A DNA stretch of 64,000 bases, taken from positions 183,263 to 247,262 of the forward strand of contig CAVWHO010000013.1 in assembly GCA_963754875.1 (NCBI GenBank), in the 5' to 3' direction. The translations under genes and the position numbers were made by a program. The stretch is from Nitrospirota bacterium (GTDB lineage: Bacteria; Nitrospirota; UBA9217). The notes under the pieces were generated by a model. That model saw only the letters and a program-made list of their open reading frames with translations, made no database searches and was not told the origin of the DNA. Shown piece by piece: positions 8,351 through 20,062 of the stretch; within the stretch, counting starts at the first letter, position 1; each line of letters starts with the position of its first letter.

Positions 8351-9730
8351 TTAATCGATCTCATGAAGCTTCCCGAAGGGCTTCAGGACGACCTCGGAGA
8401 GCGCAGGATGAATGTGTATCCCTTTTGCCACGGTCCAGAGGTTGCCTTCGGCCGCCATGGCGTTCACGACTTCCTGGATCAGGACGGAGGCCTGGGGTCC
8501 GATGATGTGATAGCCCAGAACCTTCCCTGATTTTCTGTGCACAATGGCTTTGGCAAAACCCTCGGTCTCCCTCATGGCCTCGCCGCGCGCCACATCGCTG
8601 TACATTCCTTTCCCCACGAGCAGGTCCTTCTTGCCCATGAGCTTGACGGCCTGTTCTTCCGTCAATCCGACCGACGCGATCTCGGGCCAGGAAAAAACAG
8701 CGTGCGGGACAGTCAGGTAGTTCATCCTGGATTTTTTGCCATGGACGGCGTTCTGCCACGCGAGTTCGGCTTCATGATTTGCGGTGTGGCGGAACATTTT
8801 TTTCCCGATGGCGTCTCCGAAGGCCCAGATGTTCTTTTCCGACGTTTCTAAGAAATCGTCCACGACAATATATCCCTGTTCGTTCGTTTTTACGCCGGTA
8901 TTCCCGACCATGAGGACATCGGCGTTCGATTTTCTGCCCGCAGCAATCAAGACGTGCTGTGCAATAATCTCTGTTTGTCTGCCGTTGTCCCGCTCCTTCA
9001 CCACGACCGTAGTGACCTTTCCTGTCTGCCGGACCTCGATTGCCTCGGTGTTGGTATGGATTGCCATGCGGCGGGAAAGGGCCTTCCTGAGCGTTTCCGA
9101 TACTTCCGGCTCCTCGTCGGGAACGAGCCGTTTATTCCGCTGGACGATCGTGACTTTTGTTCCGACAGCTTCGAAAAAGTGGGCGAACTCCGCAGCTATG
9201 TAGCCCCCTCCGATGATGACCATGCTTTCCGGTTTTTCCGTGAGCCGAAGCGCGGTTTCGTTCGTGAGGTACTCAATGCTTTCAATGCCTTTGATCGGCG
9301 GTATGAGCGGCCGTGCCCCGGAAACGAGAAAAATCGTTTTGCCTTTGATGGTCTTGTCGTTCACCTCGAGCGTGTAGTCGCCGGTAAAGTGCGCCTCGCC
9401 GAAATAAAAGTCGATGTCCTCGGATTTTTCCAAAGCTTCCTGAATGTGATCGTGGCTCTTCTGAACGGTCTTGCGCATCCTCTCCATGATGGCTGCGAAA
9501 TCTATCGCTTTAATATCTGCAGCGATGCCGAGTTTTCCGGCTTCCCGGATTTCCATAATGCGGTCGGCGGGGTAGACGATCATCTTCGTGGGGATGCAGC
9601 CGACATTGAGGCAGGTCCCGCCCACGGGACCTTTGTCCGCCAGGGCCACGGTTTTGTTGTGCGAAAGAGCGTCCTCAATAAGGTTGGCCCCGCTGCCTGA
9701 TCCGATTATGACGACATCGTATTCTTTCAT
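8351..9730 (-). CDS. Flavoprotein disulfide reductase (Lpd/mycothione reductase-like)
   Basis: GSGSG, GGTCLNVGCIPTK, GGGYIAAE and HIHPALSE. Confidence 0.88.
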   Translation of the reverse strand: MKEYDVVIIGSGSGANLIEDALSHNKTVALADKGPVGGTCLNVGCIPTKMIVYPADRIMEIREAGKLGIAADIKAIDFAAIMERMRKTVQKSHDHIQEALEKSEDIDFYFGEAHFTGDYTLEVNDKTIKGKTIFLVSGARPLIPPIKGIESIEYLTNETALRLTEKPESMVIIGGGYIAAEFAHFFEAVGTKVTIVQRNKRLVPDEEPEVSETLRKALSRRMAIHTNTEAIEVRQTGKVTTVVVKERDNGRQTEIIAQHVLIAAGRKSNADVLMVGNTGVKTNEQGYIVVDDFLETSEKNIWAFGDAIGKKMFRHTANHEAELAWQNAVHGKKSRMNYLTVPHAVFSWPEIASVGLTEEQAVKLMGKKDLLVGKGMYSDVARGEAMRETEGFAKAIVHRKSGKVLGYHIIGPQASVLIQEVVNAMAAEGNLWTVAKGIHIHPALSEVVLKPFGKLHEID

Positions 9731-9747
9731 AGTTTACCTCTTTAAGA

Positions 9748-9775
9748 ATTGTAGCAGTTTTGAGGGAAGAGTCAA
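9748..9775 (-). promoter_or_regulatory. Sigma70-type promoter of the reductase
   Basis: TTGACT-16 nt-TACAAT with an extended TG. Confidence 0.65.
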
Positions 9776-10003
9776 TTGAGACTTCTTTCATTTTGATGTG
9801 TTACTGCAAGCGTCGGTGAGGACTTTTTGTTTTCGACGAACAAAGCCGCATACGGTACTGTCCCTGAATTCCGAGGCGGAAAAACTTTCAGGCTGGATTG
9901 CAACAGAACTCTTTAGGAAAAGAATGCCGCGAGATGGCTCGGGTGAGAAAGCCAGCGGCATAGAGGTGAAAGGAATGTGATCGACGCCGCATAATCGATT
10001 CGT

Positions 10004-10053
10004 AAAAAAATAGAGGGCCTTTCCCGCACACGGATGTACGGGAAAGGCCTCTC
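10004..10053 (-). terminator. Rho-independent terminator
   Basis: On the minus strand GGCCTTTCCCGTAC...GTGCGGGAAAGGCC followed by TTTTTTT. Confidence 0.7.
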
Positions 10054-10155
10054 GGAAGAGACAGCGATCTTCTCTCGTGATGCCGCGCCTCCCTCACGGT
10101 CCAAAGCTTCGTATGAGAAAACTCTTATTCCTTCTCGCTCAGAACTCTGAGTTTT

Positions 10156-10380
10156 TTACGCAGCCTTATGTCTGGATTCTCTTGCCACGTTGAACTCAAA
10201 ATTATAGATCCTGAAATCCCCCTCCGGGAACGCCATTTTGATCTTTTTGACGAACTCATCGTAGACGATCTTTTCGTATTGTTGAATATCGTTGTCCCTC
10301 GTCTGCTCTGTGGCTCCCTGGAGTTCCATGTCCACGTAAAAGTCCATGTCCGGTGATATACGCAACCGCATAAAATTCAT
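10156..10380 (-). CDS. Small hypothetical protein (74 aa)
   Basis: AAGGAG RBS immediately before ATG 10380; protein-like composition. Confidence 0.65.
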   Translation of the reverse strand: MNFMRLRISPDMDFYVDMELQGATEQTRDNDIQQYEKIVYDEFVKKIKMAFPEGDFRIYNFEFNVARESRHKAA

Positions 10381-10495
10381 CTCCTTCTGCCGCAAGACTC
10401 CCTGGGGTGTCTCTGCGAATATTTTCTGTTGTTAGTTATATTATACCGCTTTCCCGTCCCACCTCAGGGGAATCAAGCCGCCGCAGCGTCCAGTT

Positions 10496-11960
10496 TCATG
10501 GTTTGATCGTGAGATACACCGAGCCACCTTCCCGGTAGATGAGCAGGAGCACGGTATCTTTTTCCCCGATCTTCGAGACCGTCTTGTCATAATCCTCCGC
10601 ACTTTGGATCGCTTTGCGGTTCACTTCCTGGATCACGTCGTTCGCCTGCAGCAGCCCCTGGGAAGGACTGTCCGGGGTGATATTGGTGATTACCACGCCG
10701 TTCAGATTCTCCGGCAGATTGAGCCTGTCACGCAAGGTCGGTGTGAGCTCCTGGACCGTAATTCCTTTTAGAGACGTTGTTATATTCCGTTTGCTTGATG
10801 ACCTTCTTTTCTTTATATTCACCGAGCGTCATCGTAATGGTCTGTTCCTTGCCCTCTCTGACGATCTTGACATCAATCTTCGTCCCCGGTGCGGTTGAGG
10901 CAACCATGTTCCGAAGGCTTGTTGAGTCAACAACCTGTTTCCCGTCCAGTGCAATGACGAGATCGCCCCGTTTGAAGCCCGCTTTATCGGCAGGGCTGTC
11001 TTTTTCCACACCTGAAATGAGCGCCCCCTCCGTTTCTTTAATGCCAAGAGACTTTGCGAGTTCCGCTGTGATGTTCTGTATGCTTACACCCATCCAGCCC
11101 CGGATCACTTTCCCGTGCTTGATAATGCTGTCCATCACGGTTTTTGCCATGTCCGACGGAATCGCAAAACCGATGCCCATGTATCCACCGCTGGTTGAGA
11201 AGATCGCCGTGTTGATGCCCACGAGTTCTGCGTTGGAGTTCACCAGCGCACCGCCCGAGTTGCCGGGATTGATTGCCGCATCAGTCTGGATAAAGTCCTC
11301 GAAATCGGCGAGCCCGATGTTCGACCGTCCTACGGCGCTCACAATCCCCATCGTAATGGTCTGGTTCAGGCCGAAGGGATTGCCGATCGCCATGACAATA
11401 TCGCCGGTCTTGAGTTTATTGGAGTCGCCGAGCTTGAGCACCGGCAGATCCTTCGCATTGATCTTGACGACCGCTAGGTCCGTCCGTGGATCGGTGCCCA
11501 CGATCTTTCCTTTGAATTCCCGTTTATCAAACAGGATTACTTTGATTTCATCGGCGCCTTTGACCACGTGATTGTTCGTGAGGATGTAACCGTTTTCCGA
11601 CACGATGACACCTGAACCCAGGGCCGATGATTTATATTTTCGCTTCTGCCCCGGGTGCTCGAACTGGTCGCCGAAAAAATGCCGGAAAAGAGGATCGTTA
11701 AACATGTCGCCGAAAGGACTCTCTTCCATGGTAATGGTGGAAGTTGTAGATATATTTACGACCGTAGGCCGGGCTGCCTCGGCAACCTCGGCCAACGCGT
11801 TGCTCATTTTACCGAGCAATTGTGAAGATTCCCGGGAAACGGCACCTTCCTTCGCAACGGCCATGCCGGAAGGCAGCAAGCCCGCGACGAGTACCGCAGC
11901 GAGCATCAGTGCACTTGTCTTTTTACGTACTGCGTTATACTTTACGAACGACTGATTCAT
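10496..11960 (-). CDS. degP: DegP/HtrA (Do) serine protease with two PDZ domains; frameshift near 10770
   Basis: TNNHVV, D.RTDLAV and TDAAINPGNSGG; the second PDZ domain is in ORF 10496-10822. Confidence 0.9.
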
Positions 11961-12172
11961 TGATGGCCTCCTTGTTTGAACCTCGTTATTTTTGAAAAGG
12001 GGACTGATCCGCAAGCCATTGCCCCAGTTGTACCTTTTGTAACTCAAAACCACTACACTAGAATTTTGACACCAGAGAATCAGAAAAGATTAATTTATAG
12101 CGTAGACGAAGTACCCCTCTGAGAACTAATATACTACGTTTTTCTTTGAGTGGGTGGCCGCAGCAGGGAAAA

Positions 12173-15100
12173 TTATACTTTAGTAGCTAATTCAAGCTTA
12201 AAGCTGTCAAGAAAGAGGAGGTATCCTTCCACGGAAGAGAGTTTGAATATTTCTTTTATTGCCTCGCAGTAGACCTGGACCTGCGGCCGATAATGGTCAG
12301 TCCAGGCCCTCAGGACCTCATCATTTTCGATGAAAATAGCCTTGTAGTCGATGATATACCCTTTGCCGCCTCTGATGACCACGCGGTCGATGATCCCGCT
12401 TACGAGAGCGTTCTCTCTTTTGTACAGGAAGGGGAGCTCAGAGTAGGTGCCGGCCTCGCGCCCAAATATCCACGCGAGTTCCCTGTTTGACAGCACCGTA
12501 CCCAGAACGGACCCGGCATCGTCGGTGAATTGCCGTACAATTTCGGTTTCCAGGGAAAGGATATCGGGATACTCGGTGATGATCTGTTCGATCCGGTATG
12601 AGCCGAACTTCGCGTAATCCTCAAGACAGCGGTGAAGCAAGCTCCCCCGGGTGAGGGGAGAAACGTCGCCCGGTGCGGTCTGGAGCGACGCCAGTTCGAT
12701 CGCTGCTTCCTTTTCGTGTTCGATAAAATCCGTGGCCCTTTTCCATTCCGGGGATTTTGAAGGCGGAATCGGGGCGAGATTGTCGATGACGGTTTTAATA
12801 TCTATTTTGGAAGAGGAGGCGTGGCGCGGCTTGCCGGTCCGGAGAGCGTCAATAATCACGCCCTCATTCTGCTGCGCAATGCCGGCGGAATATGCATGGG
12901 TGACGATGTCCGGTCCTGATTTGATTTCCGAATCGAACAGCGGCGCCGGAGCTGCCCGATGAAGGTAATCCAACCAGGTAGATTGTGTGAGCGGTCTTTT
13001 GTCGTCTTTCCTCGTGCCGATCATGACCAGATGATCGCGGGCGCGCGTCATGGCCACATAGAGAAGTCGTTGATGCTCCCGCTTCAACTCGTCCTTTTCC
13101 TGCTCCCAGAGTTCTTCGTAGAGCGGGTTCGCAGCGTCCCGAACTGCCATGCGTGTTTTGTTGCCGCTTTCACCGATGATCACGTCCGGCCCGCGGGTAA
13201 TGGACCGCTGCGTTTGATTCATACCCGGCAGAAACACGATGGGATATTCGAGCCCCTTTGCCTTATGCACGGTCATGATGCTGACCGCGCCCTGGAAACC
13301 GGGCAGGTTCATGTCTGCTGTAGCTTCACGTTGTGCCGCCTCGCGGATGTTCTTGACCCATTCGACGAAGTCCTGGAGTGTGGTATAACCCCTTCGGTCG
13401 AACTCCCGGGCCGTGTCGAGCAGCTTGTCGATATTGAAGATCGCCTGCGGATTGCGCCTGCCGCAAGCGGACGTATGCGCCGGTTTCCTCGACGATCTTG
13501 TGGATGAGACCTGAAAGAGGGACGAGGCCCGCGAGATTCATCCAGCCCTGCAGGAGTTTCCAGTCCTCAGGTCTGCGCTTCTTAAGCGCATCGACCATGT
13601 GATCGTCGTCCTGGATGAGATCGAAGATGTCCTTGTCCGTGAAGCCGAAGAGAGACGACTTGAGCGCAGCTGCGAGCGAGAGTTTGTCGGCGCTGGTTCC
13701 ACAGGAAGAAACAGAATGTTGATCAGCGCCTGAATCTCGTCTTCCTCATAGAACCCGATACCGCCGACAACGCGGAAGGGAATGCCGGCGGACTCCAGTG
13801 GCGGCTTCATATTCCTTGAGCTTTGTGCGCGATTGGATCAGTACTGCGCAGTCGCCGTAGTCGGCAGGGCGTGCATGCCAGCTGCCGTCGTTGATGACGT
13901 TTTTCCCGTGCGGAGCGGGAACCCGGTGTCTGCTCGAAAATCCTCGTCCCTGCTTCAATCATCGTCTTGATCTCTCGCGCAAGCAGTTCCGCCTCATCCA
14001 GGCCGCCGGACGCTATTCCCGGCACAGTCGGCAAGAGCTCTATAAGACGCACGCTCCCTTGCTGGTCATTCCGTTCCACTTTGGAAGGTTTGTATGAATC
14101 TCCCCAGAGTGCTCCGAAAACCCGGTTTACCGTCTCGATGACTTCCGGAGTTGATCGAAAATTTCTGTCCAGCGTAAGAACTTCCCTCGATTCTGCCGGA
14201 ATATTTGTTTCCATTTTTTTTCTGACGTCTGCCAGCAAACGGTAGTTCGCCTCGCGGAAACGGTAGATGGACTGTTTTTCATCGCCTACGACGAAGAGGG
14301 TCGGCCTCATGGGCTTATCCGCTCCCTGGCCCGCGAAGATCTCCTCGGTCAGTTTGTCCACGATGGCCCATTGGATGTCGCTTGTGTCCTGGAACTCGTC
14401 CACAAGAACGTGGAGGATCTTCCGGTCAAGCCAGTAAAGGATGTCAGGAGATTCCCGGCCCTGGAGTAGGCGATAGGCATAGATCTCGAGGTCGTCGAAG
14501 TCCAGAAGACCTTCCCTGAACTTCGATTCGTGATAGTTGCTCTCGGCGCGTTGGTACAGGCCCAGGAGGCTCATCGATTCGCGGCCTGCCTGCCAGCTCG
14601 ACGAAAGCGTCCGCAGCCGTTCGAGCATCTCCTGAACAGCGAAGAATGCCTTTTCATATTCATCACGATTTTTACCGAGATACTTGCCTTTGGCAATGTA
14701 GGCTTTTTTGCTCGGCGTACCGTCCTTCGTGAAATACACCGGGACGAGAGCTTTCGAGAACCTCACGGCGGCCTCAACGGTTTCCGCTTCAGCCAGCAGG
14801 AGATGTCCCTTTCCCAGGCACTCATCGTAAAAGGGATGCTGTGATTGGAGGACCCGTTCCATGTCCCGAAGCCCCCTGCGCCATTCCGCGCCTGCGATGA
14901 ACGCCTGCAGCTCTGATTCTGTCCGGTCTGTGCCCATGCCGGCTCGGATCGAGCGGAGCAGTCCCGCCGGCCCGCCAGCATCGATTTCCAACCGTTTCAG
15001 CTTGCTCCTGATGGTGAACAAAAACTCCAGTCTGGCAATAAGCTCGTCAACGGTGAATTGACCGAGCGGGGCCATGATGCCGGGGTCGCGGTCTGATTCC

Positions 15101-15513
15101 TCAAGTGCGTCTTCTATGGCCTTTTGAATTTTCTGTGCCTGGTCACGAACATCAAGTACGCCGAAGTCGGGCGGAAGCCCTGCTTCAAGCGGGTACCGTT
15201 TGAGCAGGTTCATGCAGAACGAGTGGATCGTTGATATGCGGAGCTCCTGCCTCCCGCGAATGATTTTTTTGAGCATGGGTTCCGGCAGGTCGTGCATCAC
15301 GCGCTCTTTAATCTCTGCCGCTGCTTTGTCTGTGAACGTGATGGCCACGGCCTGATCGATGTTGAGACCACGCTTGTCCAGTACGTCCAGGAGTGCGAGG
15401 TATCGGTCTTTGAGCGCGCGCGTTTTGCCTGAACCGGCGGAGGCCGAAAGGTGAACGGATTTGGATGGATCGGCCGTTTTCGACAGGGCCTGGCTTTTGG
15501 AGTTGGTCGTCAT
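12173..15513 (-). CDS. addA: AddA/RecB-like helicase-nuclease; several frameshifts at 13300-13960
   Basis: Walker A SASAGSGKT, VDEFQDT, GDEKQSIYRFR, TVHKAKGLE, YVAMTRA and C-terminal GIIDR...IDYK nuclease. Confidence 0.88.
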
Positions 15514-15540
15514 GGGTACGTTACGGACGGGGTGCGGCCC

Positions 15541-18500
15541 TCATTCCGTTTCTTCCTTTTCACACATCATGTCCAGGGGACAATACCGGCACCTGTTCTG
15601 GTCCTGCGGTTTCGAGGTAAAGGCTCCGGCAAGGATGCCTTCGATCGCCTTGCGTGCCTTGGCCAGGCTCTGCTGCAAAATCGTTTCGAACTCTTCGGCG
15701 CTCTTGGAGCTTGCTTTCGGCTTTGATGACGGATGGTCGTCTCGTGTCTCTTTATTAAAGAGCACGACATCGCGTGCGCCTGCGTGCGGTCTTTCCCTGC
15801 GAGGTCGTAATAAGCGAGTCCGATGGATTTATTGAGCTTCGGATCGCTGTCTTTCAGTGCCGATTGCGCCATCACTGCATAGACCGGCAGCTGGAAAATT
15901 TCCTGGTCTTCATTCATTTTCGGCAAAGGGTATTTGCCGGTCTTGTAATCCACGATGATGAAGTTGCCGTTTTCATCCACATCGATGCGGTCAATCTTGG
16001 CCGAGAGTTCGACTTCCTCTCCGTTCGACAAGGACGAGGGGAAAACGATCGATCTTCTGCTCCAGATAAGCAGGGTGCATCCCCTGTTTCCAAAATTCCT
16101 CCTCGCCATCGAGGAAGCGCTCGGCCATGACGGTCAGAAACAGTTCTTTCTCGCGCCGATTGCGAAAGGTGTCGGCCTCTTCGGCAAAGGCAGAGTCCGC
16201 AAGTTTTTTCAGGAGCGCCCGGGCCTCGTCTCTGTTCTCCCGCGTGACCGGGGTGCTCCAGGCAAGATAAAAGTTCCTGAGGATCGCGTGCACTTTGCTG
16301 CCCCGGTCAAGCGGAGAAATGTCTTCGGTCGCTTCCTCCAGGGGCTCGAGGCCCAGGACTTTCGTGACCAGGTAATCATAAGGACAGCGGAGATAGAGAT
16401 CGAGTTCGGTGACTGAGAACGTACGCTTTTGTTTCGGCAGGATGGAGCGAGCGGATGCCGACGGCGCATGCGTGACTGCCGCTCTGATGCCGGACGTACC
16501 TTTGATTCCCGAATTCAGGAGGTCCGTCAGTACTTGATCGTTTTTTTCAAGACTGATGGCCTTGGCAAGCTCGGGAACGCTGTGGCTATCCTCGATCTTC
16601 AGACTGGACTGGATGCCGGAGGTCTTCTCAATTCCGCGATTTATCAGACCGGCCTGCTTGAGCGGCGCAAGCTCCTCCAAAAAAGGCGACGGCACAACGG
16701 GGCGGTCTCCTTCATTCTCAGGGTACGTCAGGGTGATCTTGTCCGTCGAGAGCACGAGCCGATAGAAATGTCCGGCAGCGTTCATGCGTGCTTTTTCCAG
16801 TGTTCGCGCGCCCATGGCTTCCAACATCAGCTCGGGCAGGAATATATTTTGGGGGAGGCGCTGGGGAAACGCGCCGTCGACCAGGCCGCCGAGATAGATT
16901 TCATTCCAGGAATGGCCCATGCTTTCTTCGAGCCCCAGGATCTGCACGCCGTCTTCGTCCTCGGGCGGCACCTGGAACCGGGCCTGCATAAACGTCTTCT
17001 TGAGGAGGAAGAACCATTCATTGAACGTGTATCGGTAATCAGGGAAGAACTTCCCGGCCCGGGAAAGCGAAGTGAGCGTGTCCTGCAATTTTTTATACGC
17101 TTGCAGATTGATGTTCAGTGGACCTTTGATGAGCGCCACCCGAGCGCCGAGTCGGGACCACGCCAGAAGATGCGAGAACCGCCCCATCCATAATGAAAGA
17201 GGGGCCGTATCCTTCCGGGAGAATGGTTCGAGGCAGTCGAAGATGTCCTTGAGCGGCCCGGTGAGGATGTCGTTTCCCTTTTTGCCCGGCATCTGCTGTT
17301 TCAGTGCAGAGAGCAGTTTGTGCTTGCCGCCGCTTATCCGACTGTCGCGGAGGAGCCTGTCGAGCGCGGGAGCGAGCGCCGGGGTCTCGCCGAATTTCAG
17401 GAACGCTGAGCTGAATATGCGCACGAGTGACGGGCCGGAGAAGTCTTCCTGAACCGCTCGAAGCAGGGAGATGACCGCGGTTGCCACGGGAGAAGAGCTG
17501 AGCTGCCTGCCCAGGGCCCGGTTGTAGGGGATGCCGTAATCGATAAAAATCTCTTCGACGAGCGGACCGTATTCGTCGAGTCCTGGAAAGGCAACGAGGA
17601 TCGAGTCCGGAGGTGTGCCTCGTTTAAGCGACTGCTTCACGCCTGTGGCGATGAGCGATACTTCTTCGCGGGCATTGACCGCGGAGAGCAATCTGGATGT
17701 CTTTCGAAAACGAGTGAGGGACTGGCGCCTTCGCGGCCGATGCAGCAAATGGTTTGTCCGAGAAAAGTACCGAAGACAGGAACAGCTCGTCCGTGCCCGG
17801 TGCGACGCCGCTCTCATCAGGAGCGGCACCCAGCTGCGAGAGGAAATCTTTCGTTATGCTGAGCGGGTGAAACTCCGATGCCCTCGTTATCAGCTCCGCG
17901 GAAGTCGCCTGGAGGAGGCAGGTGCAGCTGCTCGCGAACAGCCGTTTTTCTGAGGATTTCGGTTTCAATTCTGCCTGCGTCCTGAATGCCGTCGATAATG
18001 ATCCTTGCTATAGCCGGCGAGGGCGCTGGGTTCGACATCGGTCTCGTATGTGCGCGCGCATCCCCGCGGGGTCCGTTATGTTCCTGCCCTTGAGCTCTCT
18101 TTCATAGTCACGGTAGACGGCAACGAGCAGCGTGACCTGCGGTTTGTCTGAAAAATCCTCCCCCCTGACTCTGCGGGCAAGATCCTCGGCACTTACGCCG
18201 GCGGCGGACAATTGTTCTATCATTTTCGCGAGTGCGGCGGAGAGCGCAGGAGCAAGCAGGTCAGGTTTCTGGCCGAAGAGACGGCCACTGGTGAGGCGCC
18301 CCTTGACAATGCCTTCGAGCAGGATGATTCTGCTGTTTTCGTCGATGAGCCGGGGACCCTGCAGCGGGGCGTACAGGTGCTCGAAGAACTGGTGGAGTGT
18401 CCGGATCTCGGGCTGGGACGAGAGCAGCGGCTCCGAAGTTTCTTTGGACGATGTCCAAAAACAACCTCCCGTAGGCACGCTTCATGCGCGATGAAGGGAC

Positions 18501-18620
18501 GATGATCAGAACGTCGTTATAGATATACGGCGGCCCCGGCCGGGACGAGATGAGTTCCTCCAGGAAGCGTCGTTTTTCTTTCCAACCTGCGCTTCCCTGC
18601 GATATGACGAGAGCTTTCAT
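15541..18620 (-). CDS. addB: AddB-like PD-(D/E)XK nuclease subunit; several frameshifts
   Basis: CPY...RG..VH, KIDRID...VDYK, QLPVY and the CRYCPLDMMC Fe-S staple, spread over seven overlapping ORFs. Confidence 0.85.
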
Positions 18621-18629
18621 TACACCGAG

Positions 18630-18680
18630 ATTATGCCACAAGTAAAAATGATTGACAACGATTAGTGCATAGTTTATTAT
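18630..18680. promoter_or_regulatory. Divergent sigma70 promoters with overlapping -35 boxes
   Basis: Plus strand TTGACA(18652)-17-TATTAT; minus strand TTGTCA(18658)-17-CATAAT. Confidence 0.6.
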
Positions 18681-18697
18681 TACAAAACGATCGTTAT

Positions 18698-18895
18698 ATG
18701 CAGTATTGCGTTACCGAAAATAAGTGTTCCGGATGCGGGACCTGCCTAGATGTGTGTCCCACTGAGGCGATCAAAATGCAAGACGGGCATGCAGTTATTA
18801 CGATGGAATGCATTGACTGCGGTGCCTGTCCGCGGGTCTGCCCCGAAGGCGCGATCAAACAGGTGCTCCCTGCAGCTGTCCAAAAATCTCTGTAA
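18698..18895 (+). CDS. 2[4Fe-4S] ferredoxin
   Basis: CSGCGTCLDVCP and CIDCGACPRVCP. Confidence 0.9.
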   Translation: MQYCVTENKCSGCGTCLDVCPTEAIKMQDGHAVITMECIDCGACPRVCPEGAIKQVLPAAVQKSL

Positions 18896-18916
18896 AACGG
18901 TTTGAAGGAGGTAGTA

Positions 18917-19240
18917 ATGGCTGAAGCGGTGACGAGTACGACATGGGAGCAGGAAGTATTGAAAGCGCCAGGCCTGGTACTGGTGGACTTCTGGGCGGTC
19001 TGGTGCGGGCCCTGCAGGATGGTAGCGCCGATCGTGGACGAAATTTCCAAGGAGTACGAAGGCAAACTCAAAGTGCTGAAGCTGAACACCGATGAAAACC
19101 CCGATGTAGCCGGCAAGTACCGCATCATGGGCATTCCGACCCTCATGTTCTTTAAAAACGGACAGACCGTTGACCAGGTCGTAGGCGCTGTGCCGAAAGC
19201 CCAGCTTAAAACCAAAGTAGACACGCTGCTGGGAAAGTGA
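18917..19240 (+). CDS. trxA: Thioredoxin
   Basis: WCGPC active site and GIPT cis-Pro loop; AGGAGG RBS. Confidence 0.97.
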   Translation: MAEAVTSTTWEQEVLKAPGLVLVDFWAVWCGPCRMVAPIVDEISKEYEGKLKVLKLNTDENPDVAGKYRIMGIPTLMFFKNGQTVDQVVGAVPKAQLKTKVDTLLGK

Positions 19241-19350
19241 CTTTTTTATCGCACCATTCGCAGCGGCGTACGAATAGATTTTTGGCTGCCCGTCTCTGGC
19301 GGGCATTTTTTGTTACATTCCTTTTTTGAATAGGTGAAGGAGTCCTGACG

Positions 19351-19836
19351 ATGGCCGGAAAAATACTGGCGATATCAGCCATCCTCGTGCTGCTGCTCAG
19401 CTGCACGGATAAGGTTGCGAAATCGGGGGGATCCATGGCCCCTGACTTTACGCTCCAGGAACTGAGCGGAAAAAACGTGACGCTGTCGGATATGAAAGGA
19501 AAAGTAGTCCTGCTCGAGTTTTGGGCCACCTGGTGTCCACCGTGTCGCGCATCGATCCCGGGTATCGAACGACTCCATGAAAAGTATAAAGACAAGGGCG
19601 TCGTCGTGCTTGCCGTTTCTATGGATGACGGCGGATGGGACGCTGTGCAGTCTTTTGTCAAGGAACAAGGCATTAAGTACACAGTTCTCAAAGGCGATGA
19701 TGATGTCGCTACAAAGTACCAGGTCCGTTCGATCCCGATGCTTCTCGTGGTCGATAAGGAAGGCAAAATCACGAGGCGTTATCTCGGGTTCGGCAGCGAT
19801 GAGGACGTCGAGAACGACATTAAAGCCCTGCTGTAG
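19351..19836 (+). CDS. TlpA/ResA-family thiol-disulfide oxidoreductase lipoprotein
   Basis: Lipobox LLSC, APDFTL and FWATWCPPC. Confidence 0.9.
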   Translation: MAGKILAISAILVLLLSCTDKVAKSGGSMAPDFTLQELSGKNVTLSDMKGKVVLLEFWATWCPPCRASIPGIERLHEKYKDKGVVVLAVSMDDGGWDAVQSFVKEQGIKYTVLKGDDDVATKYQVRSIPMLLVVDKEGKITRRYLGFGSDEDVENDIKALL

Positions 19837-19861
19837 ACGCTGCGGCATTTCGGTTTTTTGA

Positions 19862-19890
19862 TTGACAACACCAAGGCCTGCCGCTATAAT
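19862..19890 (+). promoter_or_regulatory. Consensus sigma70 promoter of tRNA-Gly
   Basis: TTGACA-17 nt-TATAAT. Confidence 0.9.
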
Positions 19891-19902
19891 GCTTTTCGAA
19901 AA

Positions 19903-19978
19903 GCGGGCGTAGCTCAGTTGGTAGAGTACAAGCTTCCCAAGCTTGGGGTCGCGGGTTCGAACCCCGTCGCCCGCTCCA
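19903..19978 (+). tRNA. tRNA-Gly (anticodon CCC)
   Basis: 76-nt cloverleaf: acceptor GCGGGCG/CGCCCGC, anticodon arm CAAGC-TTCCCAA-GCTTG, GGTTCGAA T-loop, encoded CCA. Confidence 0.98.
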
Positions 19979-20009
19979 TTTTTGCTCCACTATTCTTTGC
20001 GCACGAATG

Positions 20010-20042
20010 ACCCCTGCCTGAAATAACAGGTGGGGTTTTTTT
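20010..20042 (+). terminator. Terminator after tRNA-Gly
   Basis: ACCCCTGCCTG...CAGGTGGGGT followed by a T run. Confidence 0.7.
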
Positions 20043-20062
20043 GTCCATGACCATGCGTCGTT

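Noticed and set aside
19979..19990. GCTCCA repeated just after the tRNA 3' end as an integration scar
   Set aside because: Only 6 nt, with no integrase or island nearby.
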